Assembly (NCBI GenBank): GCA_010093605.1
Contig: MU004181.1
Location: 2,914,001 to 2,978,000, forward strand
Source: Lophium mytilinum
Taxonomy: Eukaryota
Direction: 5' to 3'
DNA length: 64,000 nucleotides
Part shown: piece after piece, positions 11,287 to 25,338 of the stretch
Numbering within the stretch: position 1 is the stretch's first letter
How the letters are laid out: each line of letters opens with the position of its first letter
Translations under genes and position numbers: made by a program
The notes under the pieces: generated by a model
Seen by the model: the letters and a program-made list of their open reading frames with translations, nothing else
The model's database searches: none
Told to the model about the DNA's origin: nothing

Positions 11287-12509
11287 CTAGAGAAAGGCTT
11301 GGTTAGCTTCCGAAAGGCGCACACGTGTCCCTTCTTCTTCAAGTTGCTCCTTTCCCACTTCAAGATCGTTCAGATGCGTGTTGTCGAGTGTGAAGATGTC
11401 TAGATATCTGATCTGCATCATCTGATGGAACATCGTTTGTCGTCTCGGGTAAGCGAGATCGGCCTCATATTGCCAATCTTGTGCTCTCTGAATCCAGCTT
11501 AACAGCCAAGACCTATTCAAACCGTCTTTGTCTGATGCTCGTCTTACACAGTCCGTCAATGTGGGATCGCTAAAGACGTAGGCACGCCGCTGGACCATCT
11601 TCTCAATTAGTAGCTTGAGGATGAGCCTTGAGGAGTTGTATGTCTCGACTGCGTTCATCAGATCAGCCCCAGAGGGCCGGACGGCTCGCTTCAGACGATG
11701 GGAGAGTAAAAGAGACAACAGGTCGTAATTGCCGAGCGTCAGTCCTTCCTGCCATGCTGAAGAAAAAACGTATCCCTTTCGATCCATTGTATGTCGCACC
11801 ATAACGGGATTGGTCGTTAGGAAGCGAAGGAATGCAAGCTTGTCAGCAGTGAATGGTCCGTGCAAAAGCTTCGGCGGAATGCGACAGTGAATAGCATTAA
11901 GATAAGGATGAAATGTGTCAGTATCTTCGTTTGACGGAGAAAAATTTGGAGGGCGCAGCTCGGGCCTCCCAAACCGGTTCCATTCCCTTTTTATGAAGCA
12001 GACTTCGGGACGGAAACGAGATATTGGATAGCCACATTGTGTGCCACCGTCGTACACCCGCCTGTGATACTCTTCGTATGCTTTGATAGCATAATTTTGA
12101 AACAAGCTCCATGTCATCCAGCGCCGTGAAAAGAGCCATCTTTGGTGTATCGGACTGGGTGCATTGTCGTGGTAGTAGAAGAACCCTTGGAAACAAAAAT
12201 GCATGTATATGTGCTAATTACTTGTTAGATACCGCTGCGCACAACGTTGAATGCCAATCTCACCTCACAGGATAGTTTGGAACCGACGAGACTACTGGCT
12301 TGGGGTAGGAAGTGGTTATTGCTAAGCACAGTAATTTCCTGCAATATCTCGGCGGGGAGCCTCTCCAAAGGAGACAGGGCAGGAGGCTGGCCATTGATTC
12401 GACGAATCCGAAAAGTCTTGCTGATTCGGTGTTTAGGTTTCGTGACCTTCAAGTCCACGAGTCGCTCTGGGGCCTTTGTTGGCCGGGTGCTTCTTCGGAC
12501 TACCATCAC
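11287..12509 (-). CDS. Hypothetical protein with F-box-like N-terminal motif, 2 exons
   Basis: Exon 1 LSPLERLPAEILQEI..SNNHFLPQAS..VGSKLS; GT-AG intron near 12262-12200; long second-exon ORF. Confidence 0.7.
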
Positions 12510-12967
12510 AGAGACTGTATGAGCTGGTAGAACTCTCTGGTCCGGGATTTGGAAGTCTAATTGGGTTCAGACTCAAGTCGATGCCGTTTGAATGCTGAGA
12601 AAGGAGACAAGCCTCTTATGGTATCAAGATTTCAGGCAGCAGAGCCAGGATTCGCGAAATCGGCTGACTTAGCGCCTAATGACGACTTGGCGTTATCCGG
12701 TCTTCTACTATTCTGCCGTCACAAGCCGCTAGCCGTGGGAGATAGGAGATGTCGTTACAGGGGTTATAAGTCAAACCGGTTGAATAAGGACGTTTCTAAA
12801 AGTCCTAGTCTGTAGTGTTTCTAGTGAACGAATTTGATAAGACCAGTGACTTTGACCGGAGCTCCGATTATACTGCTTATATTTCGAACCCGATTTAAGA
12901 TGAAATCGTTGACCGAGAATCTTACGAGGAGATCACGACGCTGACTTGTAGCCAGCGATCCTTACGT

Positions 12968-13406
12968 TCAGCCGCCATGAAGCGTCGACACGAATAGGAT
13001 GTTGTCGCCCTTCTGAATTTCATACTTGTCTTCACCTTCAAGCTCCCAATCGGCATCATTGATGAGAACCAAGATACCTGGGCGTCTTGTGGCAGTCAGT
13101 TTTGGACTTGGCTATGCTGAGGTATTTACAACGCACACGGTGTCGTCAAGTACGAAGAGATCCTTTCTCGGGTCTTTCATGACGTTGTCGCACAGGTAAC
13201 GAACCAGAAAAGCAACGTTCGAATTCAATCCCGACTCATCTTTAGCTGCTATCGAGAAGTCGAGTTTTCTTTGATTGGAGAAAAGCATTTCGAGTCCGCC
13301 ACTAGACACTATTTAGAATGGAGGTTGCCACTTTTGCGCAAGGTGGGCGAATGTACCTGAATTCTACGGTGATAGGAATAACGTCTTCACTGCTGGCTGC
13401 CGACAT
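12968..13406 (-). CDS. URM1: Ubiquitin-related modifier 1 (sulfur carrier for tRNA U34 thiolation), 3 exons
   Basis: Spliced translation [29 protein letters not shown]...[47 protein letters not shown], with the diagnostic C-terminal LHGG. Confidence 0.96.
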
Positions 13407-13601
13407 TGTGTACAAAGAAGCTTCTGTAGGGTTGATGGTAGATGTCGACTTGAAGGCTGGAACGAAGGTTAGGAGAAGAGTGAGCCACGCTAGTCCACTT
13501 AAGCGTTAGCGTAATGGCATAAACTCTGAATGGAGACCCCATCTTTTTCACCTGCAAAACCAAGCAAGACAACAAACTGTGCGAATACCAAACTCGTCCA
13601 A

Positions 13602-16140
13602 ATGGACCATATATCAGCAGACTTCCTATCGACAGGAGGAAATCGGCACCCTTCCGCCGCAGACTGGGACCGGGAAGGTTCGCAATTACTTGCCTTCGGT
13701 GCAGACCATAATATCGCTTTATGGAATCCTGAAGTATGTGCGAAATAGTTTTTATATGTTCAAAATTCGCTTTCTGGCGATAGAAAGAAGTGCCGTCTTT
13801 TTGGTCTTTTCCATTCTTTCAACAGTATCATACTGACTATACAAGGATGAAAATCTTCGTGGAGTCACTCGTCTGTTAAGCGGCCACGAAAAGCAAGTCA
13901 CCGTTGTCAAATTCTTCCCCACTGGATCTTCCGAACGAACGGTGCTTATCAGTGGTTCTGCTGATAAGACGATACGAATATGGCTTCGTACCAAAAAGCC
14001 TAATCTAGATTTTGAGTTAATGAAAACTGTCTCGGACCACCAAAGCGCCCTCACTCGGGTCGCAGTATGTCCTGGCTCAGACATTTTCGTGTCTGGAGCT
14101 TCTGATGGTACGATCAAAGTGTGGAAGCTCATCCAAAGGGCCGATGATCGCACAATTGACGTTGAACCCCTCCAATCCATAACTTTAACCCCAAAGTACT
14201 TTCCACTAAGTCTAGCTCTTGCTAAGCTCGATGGCTCATCCCTTATTCTGGCAGCTGCTGGTACTAGAAGCGCGATACAAATGTTCGTCTCTAGAGAAAG
14301 CCAATTCGATTTGGCAGCGACCCTCACCGGCCACGAAGGGTGGATTCGATCTCTCGAATTCACACGAGAGAGCGAAGAAGACGGCAGCGATCTGCTTCTC
14401 GCGTCAGCCAGTCAAGATAAATACATACGACTATGGCGCGTACATCAAGGTGATGAGCTTCCGGCCGTTAGCAATGCAGCAAGTGACCCGTCACTTGGAA
14501 TAATCGGGAAGTCGCTGTCAAACAAAGCTCATCGAATCGAGTCAAAAGATTCTCTATATTCAGTCACTTTCGAAGCGCTTCTTCTTGGGCATGAAGACTG
14601 GATTTACACAGCTTTGTGGCGTTTTCAGCGTGGAAAGCTTCAACTACTGACCACTTCCGAGGATAATTCATTGGCCATCTGGGAATCCGATTCAGCATCT
14701 GGTGTATGGGTGTGCATAACTAGGCTAGGTGAAATCAGCTCCCAGAAAGGTTCTACAACGGCGACCGGCAGTGCTGGAGGCTTCTGGATTGGACTCTGGT
14801 CACCAGATGGCAATCTGGTAGCGTCATTAGGTCGAACTGGTAGCTGGAGAATGTGGCATTATACCGAATCAGAAGATCGCTGGCTACAGCGAGTAGCAGT
14901 TAGCGGCCACGTCGAAGCAGTGAAAGGAATATGCTGGGCGAAAGACGGCTCCTATCTGCTCTCTACAAGCTCCGACCAGACAACCAGACTCTTCGCGATA
15001 TGGAAGCGAGGAAGCAAGCGCTCATGGCACGAGTTCTCCAGGCCTCAAATCCACGGATACGATCTAAACTGCATTGACTCAATCTCTGCCACTCAATTTA
15101 TATCTGGCGCCGACGAGAAGCTCCTGCGTGTCTTCGATGAACCTCGAGGGGTCGCAAACCTCCTTAACCACCTCTGCGATATAGGGTCCGACACAAACCA
15201 AACTCTACCAGACGCCGCAAACATCCCCGTCCTTGGTCTTTCCAACAAAGCCATCCAGGCTGTCGAGGATGACGAACCCGCCGCAGAAGAAGATGACGAA
15301 CGCGAGGCCGTCGATCCGGCCTCTATCGTACGCAAATCTACATTAGATCTGGATCATCCGCCCTTCGAAGACCACCTCGCAAGACATCTTCTTTGGCCAG
15401 AGTCAGAGAAGCTCTACGGCCACGGCTATGAAATCTCTGCGGTTGCCAGTAGCCACGACGGCTCTGTGATCGCAACAGCATGCCGCGCTAGCTCTTTAGA
15501 GCACGCTGTTATCCGCCTTCACGATACAAAAGAGTGGCTGGAGATCAAACCTCCGCTAGCAGCTCATTCGCTAACCGTCACGGCACTGGAGTTCTCTGAG
15601 GACGGTCAATACTTGCTAAGCGTTGGGAGAGATAGGCAGTGGGCAGTATTCGCACGCACAGAAGGGTCCGCTACGGAATACAACCTCGAACACTCAAACC
15701 CCAAAGGCCATTCTCGGATGATCCTTGACGGATCCTGGGCGCCGAACACCTCGTGCCGTATGTTTGCTACCGCTGGCAGAGATAAGATGGTCAAGATTTG
15801 GCGATTTTCCGGCGCCGAGGTGGAGCTGTGGACCTCGATTTCTGGTACAGCGGCAGTCACTGCTGTGGCCTTTCTGCACACTACACTCTCGGGTCATCTC
15901 GTCCTCGCGTATGGCGATGAGAGTGGGACAGTGGCCATCTGCGTGATCTCAGTGGAGGATCCTGCGAATATCAAAGTCTCTATTGTTGGAAAGGAGTTCG
16001 TTCCAGCCAAGCAAGTAAATCAGCTTGCGTGGAGACCGGCCTATCAGGGGGTCGGCCAAGAGGAGAGACAGGAGCTAGCTATAGCTAGTGAGGACAGTTC
16101 GGTGCGTATCCTGCGAGTTAGGATAGCTACTGAGCCTTAG
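13602..16140 (+). CDS. ELP2: Elongator complex subunit Elp2 (double WD40 propeller), 2 exons
   Basis: GGNRHPSAADW, LLASASQDKYIRLW, FEALLLGHEDWI, WHEFSRPQIHGYDL, SGADEKLLRVF, LWPESEKLYGHGYE; intron about 13734-13845. Confidence 0.95.
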
Positions 16141-16434
16141 GATGTCCAAAAGATACTCCAACACCACCTGTACGTCTACGATCAACATGCCACTCGAGTA
16201 CACACGTGACATCGAAAGCCCCTATGATTCTGCGAAACCCTACTCCCTATATTAGAAGCTGTTTGATTGTATACTACCCATCCTTGGAAGATGCCGAAGC
16301 ACCCCATGCCCCATCCTAATCCAAGCGTACGCGTACAAGTACACCAGCATAACCGTGCCGTACCATGCCACCCTCTATAACCCAACCCCCAAGATACGCC
16401 TCGCAAAATAACCGCCCACATAAACACATCCGCG

Positions 16435-18316
16435 CTAAGGCAACATGTCAAAAGAGTCCCGCTCCCAAATCTCAATATGCTTAACCACATCTCGCGACAC
16501 CATCTTCACGACCCGCATGTACCGCACATCGCCATCCGGCTTCGCCCGCTTCTTGCCCATGCTGACCGTCGCGCCGAGCTCGAACACCAGATCCCCGAAC
16601 CCGACGTACTTAAGGTTCTTGTACTCGGGCCGCCACATCTCGGTGCCCATGGCCAGCTGGTGCATCTCGGGGTCCATGGACTCGAGCTTGTCCCATAGCT
16701 CGGAGCCAGGCCGGACGAGCATCCTCAACGCGAAGAGCTTGGGCGCGTAGGCGACTACGAGCCGCATGGATTCTGGCGAGGGTTCCCGGATGGCAATGCC
16801 CAGTTGCTCGAGCTTCGGGCAGTGGCGCGCGATCTGTGAGATGACGTCTGCACTCAGTGCCCAGCGGTCTGGGAGGAGCAGATGGCGCATCGTCCTGCCG
16901 TGGCTCATCTGAATAGCAGCCAGGTAGTCCGAGGCGAGGTGGATCGTGTCGTGGTTGAGCGGAGTATCCGCTGGGGATGCAGAAGACGGCGATGGGGTTG
17001 CCGGGGTGGTGGCCACGCTGTTGGACTTGGAGCGCGCGCTGCGCTTCTGGCTGACATGGTAGATTTTCTCCAGCCCCTCGAACCGAGTCATGAATGATGT
17101 GTGTGCCTCGTCTACCATGTCTCCACGCATCATCTTGAGGTTGGCGGGGACTTTGTCTGGTCGGTTTATGCGCCAGGTGTCGTCGAGGAATACGGTCATT
17201 GGGTCGCCGGAACCCATGCAATTGAGAAATGTGCATTCCTCTAGGCTTTCGTGGCTAATACATTCGTCGAAATCGCCACCATTGCGCGTGTACAGATTGT
17301 AGAGGCCTAATCGCTTGAGTTTCATGGTATGTTTGTTGGTCATGCACCGGCCGAAGTACGTCAGCATATTGACAGATTCTTCGCCCATGTCGCGCATTCG
17401 AGGGCTCCAGTGTAGTGTGAGGTCTTGCAGCTTTTTCGAAGAGACGAGGAGCATAGAAATGTCGTCTGGATAGCATAAAGGATCAATGTCGTAGACCTTT
17501 AGACTCTTAAGGTTCGGTATTGGTGGTACTAGCACGGTAGGTCGAGGTATGCGCCTGCTCGGCGAGCGTAATGTGACGGATGTCAGGGTTGATCGCGAGT
17601 TTAAACCTTGATAAACGGTTTGCATGGGCTTCGTGTTTAGTTCCCACCTTGGCAAGTCAGTCTCAACTTTCGAACTGCAAGTGGGAGTCTTGCTAGACGT
17701 ACCCAAACGACTGCATATTTTGCATCTTATCAATGGCAGCCCGCAAGGCAATATTCAGCATCATGCTGTTATCCGGTACCCGTCCTTTAGAGAAGTCTTC
17801 GATGTCGGACTCCTTCCACTCTCCTGACACAGTGAAGTTTTGGACGTAATTCGTAAAGTTGCGGGAGACAAGGGCGTTGAGGCCCATGGAGAAGGGACTC
17901 CCACTCCCATAGCCCTCTGGTTTGCCATTGACGTATCGTATCTCGGCGTATGAACGAAGCGTGACATGTTCGTAGAGTCGGGGGAGGGTCATGTAATATA
18001 GAAGACGCGATGTCCGCGTAAGGCGTGCAATATCAGCGACATCGTCAATCTATTATCTAAGTTATTAGCAAGCTACTTGGGACACTGGGAGCGTGGTTGG
18101 GATCGGCAAAAGCTAGCGAAGGTCCTCAAAACGTACATATGATATTATAAGAGCTAGAAGGTGTAAAGGGATATCTTGTCTCTCAGCGACACTCGTAGGG
18201 TTGCGCACGGGAGACGTCGCAAGGGTGTGACGGTGAAGCGCAGCAGGGTGATTTAGATGCGCCATATGAAGGCCGGATGGCGGCGGATGGAGCGCGATGG
18301 TTGCAGGCCCTATCAT
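16435..18316 (-). CDS. F-box/LRR-like conserved fungal protein, 3 exons (start 18316 or 18267)
   Basis: DIPLHLLALIISY/IDDVADIARLTRTSRLLYYMTLPRLYEHVTL F-box-like start, followed by LRR-like segments. Confidence 0.75.
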
Positions 18317-18856
18317 GCATGGAAAAGGTATTGCGCCGGGAGACTGAGGAGGGCTGACAGATGCAGTTTTGGTGGTTTCTGACGGTCGGCTTGAGATGCC
18401 AACAAGAGATTCCTCCAGGGTTCGACCGCCCCTCGTCCGCCCCGGCGTAGCCTAGTTCCAATCCTGGTGCACATCGGCACGTCATCCCTATACGGTGATT
18501 AGGCGAATTTTGTGCAAGCTTTTCAGGCTCCCAGCTGCCGAGTGAATGCATCGGCAGCTTCTGATGTGAGGCATAAGGCGAGGCGGCAGAGTCTCCTGCT
18601 AGTGAGCTTGCACATGTGATAAGCTGATACCCATACCGCCGAAGGCGTTGGCATTATTCCGGAAGACACGAGTAATAGTGCATTGATATCGTTTATCTAG
18701 GATGATCGGTGCGCTTTGTGCAAATTCTGGAAGGTCTCATCCGTAGACCTAGCCTTTTTGCTGACCGTGCCTAACTCCGTGCAAATGCCGCTGTATCCAT
18801 GCCAGACGCTGGAAATAGAAAAGAAAGGGCCAGGAAAAGGATTAAAAATGTCTACG

Positions 18857-20811
18857 TTAGTGACGCTCCATGAAGAACCTATGCGCAGGTTAGTCTCAAG
18901 CCTCTTCGAGCATCGAAAGGAAATATCGTTGGTCTTACCAAGGCTTTTTTGCGCCATACTTTTCCCCGGGATACTCAAAGGGCACATCGACGTGTCCCGC
19001 GAACACGTTCATGGGGACCAGACCCTCGAGAGTCTTGAAGGCGTCGAGCTTTTCTGGTGGGATTGCAATGAGCACGCCGCATTCCCAGTTTCGGCAGTTC
19101 AATTTCTCGGCCTTCTTAGACCTGTCCATCAGCAGCTTTCCCCAGGCGCTTTCGGACACGTTGGCGCTGCCAACATAAGCCCACGCCACGTTAGTGGAAT
19201 GTCCATCTTTTGACACGCGTTGGCCACGAGCGAACAGGATCTAAATCATAGTTAGTTCGGTGAACGGGTGATACTAAGCATCTTTGTACCTTGTTGTGGC
19301 TGAGTAACCCTGTTCTGATTGACTTGTAGTCGTGCATGCACTCCTTCGGGAAGCGACTGTTGTTATAGTAGCTGGCTTGCAGGCAGTTTGTACCGGCATT
19401 ATCTATCCCACCTATGGTCTTTAGGACCGTTTCGTGAAGTGGAAAATAGATACGAAACTTGTTGCGGAATGACTTCGGTACATCGCGGGCGATGATCTTT
19501 GCTGGGGCCTCTCCTTTCGCACCAAAGTAAAGATTTTTGAGAAACGCATCGTTCAAGGATCCAATGGAGGACGCTGTGAAGTCAACTTCTAGATTGTCGG
19601 TTTGCAGGTTGAGACTCCGGACCGCTCTGCTAAGGCCGGGGATACCCGTTCTCTTAAGGTCTTCGCCATGATGAGACCCTCCACTGTATACAATCAACAG
19701 TTTGGTCACGATGGAAGGGGTGGGGAGTGTACATGGTATGAACGAAAGCTATGTGACTAGTTTTGGAGTAGTCGAAGTTCTTGAGACCCTCGAGAACATC
19801 CTCTGGAAGTCCTTTCGCCTGAACAAAGTGAAAAAGTTCTTTAGCAAAGGGAGTCAGCTGCATGTCGGCATCTTCACTGGAACGTCGCGGTAAGTCGATA
19901 AGAAAAACCGACTATCAATGTTAGCGCGGTCTCTAAGATAGACATCTCTAACCTACGTTCTCCATGATTCCCGTCTCACCCCAATCATATGAGTTCAAGT
20001 TAGCGGTCGGAACCACAACGCGGAGATGCGTAGGGTGAAACAACAGCATCAACTTGCTGTGCATGCAATTGATCTGCCCAGACATGTCTGGGAAGCAAAG
20101 CTTGATATTAGTAAGGCCTTTAGCATCTTCACGATGCTGGTCTTGTTCTGCTTTTCCTTTTGCCTGCATGACTAATATCAACTTGGTCCTTGGAAATTCG
20201 AACTTTCTCAACAACCATTCAATGTCCCAGTCGAAGGCGCTAAGAACGGCGATATTGAGAGTGCTCTTCTGCAGAACTTCCTGAATCTTGATATCGTTAG
20301 ACCTCGCATGGCGGAAAGCCCAGGTTTTCCTAACTGCACCGAGTGGATACTCCAATGCCGATTTTCGGGCTTCAGTAGACGCGCTAGAAAGGGTTGCTGG
20401 TGGAGTTGCCACGGAGCATTTCTGTCGAGATTGGGCCCTTGTGTCGGCATCGAGATCGATAACCTCTGGAGCCGAGTTCGGTTTCTGCCGCTTAAGCTCT
20501 CGATCTGACGACGCGGGCGCGTGACGCTTTATTGGAGGAGGGGAAATAGACCGCTGTCTCTTATTCTTCATTATCTCGACCTTCCTGGCCTCATGTCGTG
20601 CTAGACGTTCGAGGTGCATTTGCTTAAAATCGGGTTTGGCATTGCCCGTAGCGGTCATAACTGACTTTTCAGTTGTCTCCTTCGGTAAGGCCTCACTGTT
20701 TGCGTACTGGAGCTCCTCTGCGGCAGTGGGAATGGTCGAATTGGGGCTTTCTTGCAGAGATATTGCAATGGCGAGCTTGGTTTGCTCATCTTCGTCATCG
20801 AATGGGTCCAT
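18857..20811 (-). CDS. Tyrosyl-DNA phosphodiesterase (Tdp1-like, PLD superfamily) with N-terminal UIM-like motif, multi-exon
   Basis: Two HxK motifs (CMHSKLMLLFHPTHLRVVVPTANL; LLSHNK), WAYVGSANVSESAWG, NWECGV, PW near the C-terminus; an upstream in-frame ATG at 20946 is possible. Confidence 0.88.
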
Positions 20812-21469
20812 GGTGACCAAACCTTCAGCATTTGCGAAGTTGCGTGGTGGTGTAGTTTGTGGTGTCTTCGATTTCCGACCTCCCGGAGGTCGGAAGCCTG
20901 GAGATGGCCTGAAAGGCAAAGGCGCGATCGCGGCCGCACGTGGCATTTGTCACTACGTACCGTATTCTCTGAGTATATACAAAAGCCACGCTTGGCAGCG
21001 CAATTTTAACCTTACCCGTTGAGCGAATCATGTTACGCCTATCGAGCTGATTTGTGGGCCTGTCGGCGCCCATCGGCGCCCATCGGCGTCTGACAGCTCG
21101 ATTTCCCGATAAACTAAACGCTTATAGGTTTAGGGGTGCCAAGCGTGGCTTTTGTATATACTCAGAGAATACGGTAGGTAGCACTAACGGCTTGGCACAG
21201 TACACTTTCCAACCTTACCTGATCGAGGCTGGTCACTTTCCACCTCATTCACCACATATGTTTGAGGACATAAATCGCAGTCGTCATTTTCTAGAATACA
21301 CATAGGCATCTTGCTTGCCTCCATTAAGCCTCGAACCTCCATTGAACCTCACGGAGTTGCAGCTATCAGTTCAGATCGGCATCTCCAATCTATCCGGAGA
21401 CTATTCCCATCAGAAGCACCCGGTTGTACGATTCACCACGGGCAGACCACGGCAAATCATTGTCTAGTC

Positions 21470-23742
21470 AGCTCGTAATAGAGGACAATATGTACAGGAG
21501 TAAAACCTCCAACAAGTGTTTGTTTCTCTCCAAACGCCCATATGTACTTACGTGAAAGGAAAGATTTGAAATGGATTATACATGCTCACCAAGTGATATC
21601 TTCGAACGCGGTACGCAGCACATCTGTGCGCGTTTTCTGCATCTCAGGCGCAACACTACTCACCAGCTCCAGGATATCGAGAGTCTTCCTCACGTCCATT
21701 TTTGCGAGCATGAAAAGAGGGTCAGAGCTGGGTGGTATGGCGAATTGGTTTGGTGAAAGCGGCTCATTTTGGGCGGAGAGGATGCGAGCCATCAGTAGCT
21801 ACGTGAAGTTTTAGCTTTGGTCTTACACATCGTGTCTAGATGTCTTACTGCTTCCTCGAAAGCCCGGTGTTGGAAAACCCACCAGACCCCCGCGTCGACT
21901 CGTAAGAACTCCCAGAAGTCAAAGAAGGACGCCAAGGCCATTCGTGCGGCTTCTAGGGCACCTTGCACGTTGCATGAAACGCCTTCGGCATCATTGACAT
22001 CTGCTTGAACGATCATAACACAGTGCCAGTAGTTCGAGCGGAAAAACATCGATTGGCGCAAAACGCGGGGATTGCTATTCGCAAGGCTAGATACGCTGTC
22101 GTAATCGGATGCTCTTAATGTGGGGGGAAATTTATCGTGCACCTCGCTGTAAGTTTTGATGAGGTTTTTCTTGTCTTCTGGAGAATTGGTTAATGGGCGG
22201 TTGAGAGACCGCGGAGTGCACAATGTTCGCTGCACAAGATTGGCGAGATGCCACATGGAACGGATGTACTGTCGGTCTGCTAGCTCATATGGTGGGTGCG
22301 GGTCTGACATTGGTGCAATGTTGTCGATGCTCATGGGGTTTATGACGGTTTCATGACCGCCATTTGCGGTCAGTCCAGCTCCAGCGGCCTCATCGAGATC
22401 GTCGGTCAGTGATTCGACTCGGACATCCGAGAAAGTGGTCGTTGGGGGTAATTTGAGAAGCACGGTTAGGAAGGTGTCTTGAAATAAAACCGCTTGCCAG
22501 ACTTTTCGTTTCTGCTGTCTCTCACTCAGCGAACAACGGGGACACACGATATCTGGATCTCGGTTTAGACCCATAGCGTATGCTTGGCGAGTCAAGACAC
22601 CGCCGAAACCCCAAGCATCCGAAGCATGATTGTCGTTCATGAGGAAATAGCAAACGAGTACCATGGCTTGGATGGCCCTCACTGACGTCCTACTTAGATA
22701 AGAAGACAATCGTAGAGCTTGGTGAGCGGCTGATACGTAGAACTCGGCAATCTGGGTTCGCTCTTGATCCGATGGCGTCTGTATGAATTGCGTTCCTAAA
22801 GCATAGACAATGAAATGTAGGGCGAGTAAACTCGGGTCGGCTGTCTGCTTTTCTTGAAGAGACAAGGACCAGAAACGCTCATACTCGGCGTAGAAGTTTC
22901 TTTTGTGAATCATGGGATACACTGGATCGACAGCATCAAAGTACTTGGCCGCAAGTATGTCGGCTTGGTCCTTGCTTGGTAGCACTCCAACTACTTCGGG
23001 TAGGCCACCCTGGCTGGTCCAATAGTTGGTAAAAGGATGCTGTGAACCCAGGCCAAAAAACATGGACGAACTCTGCGTGGAATTCGGAATCTTTGATAGC
23101 AAGAAAGAAGACGAGGTCGTTGATGTAAGCGATACACTTCGGTCCTGTGACCTCGATGTTGGCATCTTAAGGTATGTCAGCTTACAGGAGGCGGACCAAT
23201 CGCAGAGATACAATTCAACATCACCTTTTGAGATAGACTGCCATTTTCATTCCCCGTGATAGGCGTTTCTGTTTGCTTCTTTGCTTTCACAGAGTGCGAT
23301 CGATCAACACGGCTTCGGCTAGAACTAGAACATGTTAGCATATCGAACATATCCGTACAGGACTGCTGAGCTGGAAGTTTCTGAGCTGCGATCTATGCTT
23401 GAGAGACCAGCAAAACTCACTCAGCAGAAGCTATCAGGTTTGCTACCTCTGAATAGCGACATTCGGACTGACGTTTGAGGCAGGCAAGACATCCTGGGCG
23501 TCCTCTGTCGCACTACGCGTCCCAATAAGGTCAATCAGGCGTTCAATTGGAGAACCAGTCCCACATACCTTAGTCTTGCGCTCGACACACTCTAGGCAGC
23601 TTAAAGTGGGCTTGTTGCGCTTCTGCTTCTTGCGCGGCGGGGTGTTGTCGTCGTGGTTGTCTGGGGGCGCGATGGCGGCCGGGTCCATTGTGGGCGTCAC
23701 CAAGCCTTGGCCTCTGCGGATTGCCGTCGTTGCCGCCTCCAT
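21470..23742 (-). CDS. Zn(II)2Cys6 transcription factor with fungal TF domain, multi-exon (3' end approximate)
   Basis: KRNKPTLSCLECVERKTK/CDRGRPGCLACLKRQSEC across an intron; middle homology region (YFDAVDPVYPMIH, RQAYAMGLNRDP, KRKVWQAV). Confidence 0.88.
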
Positions 23743-24461
23743 CTGGCTTCATACCATGCTTGCCTGTGCATGGATGTGCAACCTGGAGTGCTGATATTCC
23801 CGGATCTAGTCAGAGGTTGTGTTCTGACTTGCTGCTAGCTTCAAGTAAGATTCGCCCAGGCGCCGCCGCTATATGGGAATAGGCCTGTTAGCGGGGTACA
23901 TTATAAGCACTACCGATTTCTTTCATCCTTCTTCGTCGCCATGTCTTTGTTCCATACCGTCACAGAACACTCATTCATAGAGTATTTCTATCGGAGTTAC
24001 GTTTAGTCTTGGGTTGTGGCGACAGCCACGCAGCTGAGGAGCTGAGAAATTACAGCTGGCCCGGCTGTTTCTACGCGATTGGATCCGCTTACATGTCCCT
24101 GATGTGCTGTTGCTCCAGGAATATCTGTCTCCTAGGCGAGAATCCTGTTGGAGTCGTAGCGAGGAGTCAAGCCTTGCTTCTGTGTTGGAGAGGATATCAG
24201 AGATCGAAGTTATCTGTTGAGTTTTCTGGAATCAATATTTAAAGTGAGCAAGTTGAGTCTCCTTCACACTGTCGAAAGCATTGAGGCTCATATGCCAGTG
24301 GTCGATGGGCTTGAAGAAGGTGATCGAAATTCCTTATGCTGATATTGACAATATAAAAATGACATTAGTAGATCAGAACAACGCCGACATGTTTTACAAA
24401 TCCTCTAAACCGTTGCTTCCCCTGCCATACCTGAACCATGCACTCGGACCGCACTTGATGC

Positions 24462-25338
24462 TCAATAGGTTAGAGTCGCGCACTTGCCCTCCCATCCTCC
24501 TTTCTTGATGACTTCTTGGAAGATCCAGTGGCCAACATCTGTCTTTCCCACATACCAGCCCAGCGCGGGGCCTTGTTCCTTCTCTCTGCCTTCAACGCCC
24601 CTGATTCCCCATTCCCACCCGGCTCTGACCTTATCCGCCCCATAAGCCCCACCGCTCAGCAACGTCGGCCGCACAACCACAAAGTTGCGGATCTTGCTGT
24701 CCTTTGCAGCACCGAAAAGCTGCAGCTCCATTGACCTCTTATCCTCATGTGGCACTTGCAACGCCCAGTGGTATAGTGGATAGAGCAAGAACGGCACGTC
24801 CCGTTGTCCATCAGTCACACCCGTTGTACTGATCGTCACATACACCGGTTTCTCGCCGCTCGCGGTAGTCCGGATGCCTTCCTCTGCGAGACTCGTCAAA
24901 GCAGTAAGAACGGTTGCTGTGCCTGTCGCGCAGACGTGGGGATCATCAATCGTGAAAGGCGCCCATAGCGACTTGTTGAAGCGGGGAGCGCCCCCCACGC
25001 CAAACACGATCGTATCCACGAGATGGCCGGGGGATGTTGGAGACACGAGTGTCTTCTTAACGTCTTCTACGGACTTGACGTTGCCGGCGATAATTGTGAG
25101 GGCGCTGTCGAGGGTCGAGGAGGGAACCGAGTGCGGGGCTGAGGCAAGTATTTTGCGGAGTTTCTCGGGGGTGCGAGCCACTACGTGATACGTGTTAGAT
25201 GCGGTTGTGTGCTGGAGGGCTGTGGTAGTGCTTACAAGCTGTTGCGGTATAGTTGTCTTTCAAAGCCGCAGTGAGGGCAGCGGACGCGCATCCGCCTGTT
25301 GCGCCGAAGAATGCGAGGGTAGGCTTGGTGGTGCTCAT
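24462..25338 (-). CDS. NAD(P)-binding Rossmann-fold protein (flavin-reductase/NmrA-like), 2 exons
   Basis: LAFFGATGGC, then LARTPEKL after the intron, HEDKRSME, FVVVRPTLL. Confidence 0.85.

Noticed and set aside
21062..21089. 10-bp tandem repeat TCGGCGCCCA upstream of the Tdp1-like gene
   Set aside because: Fewer than three copies; may be a promoter element but cannot be supported
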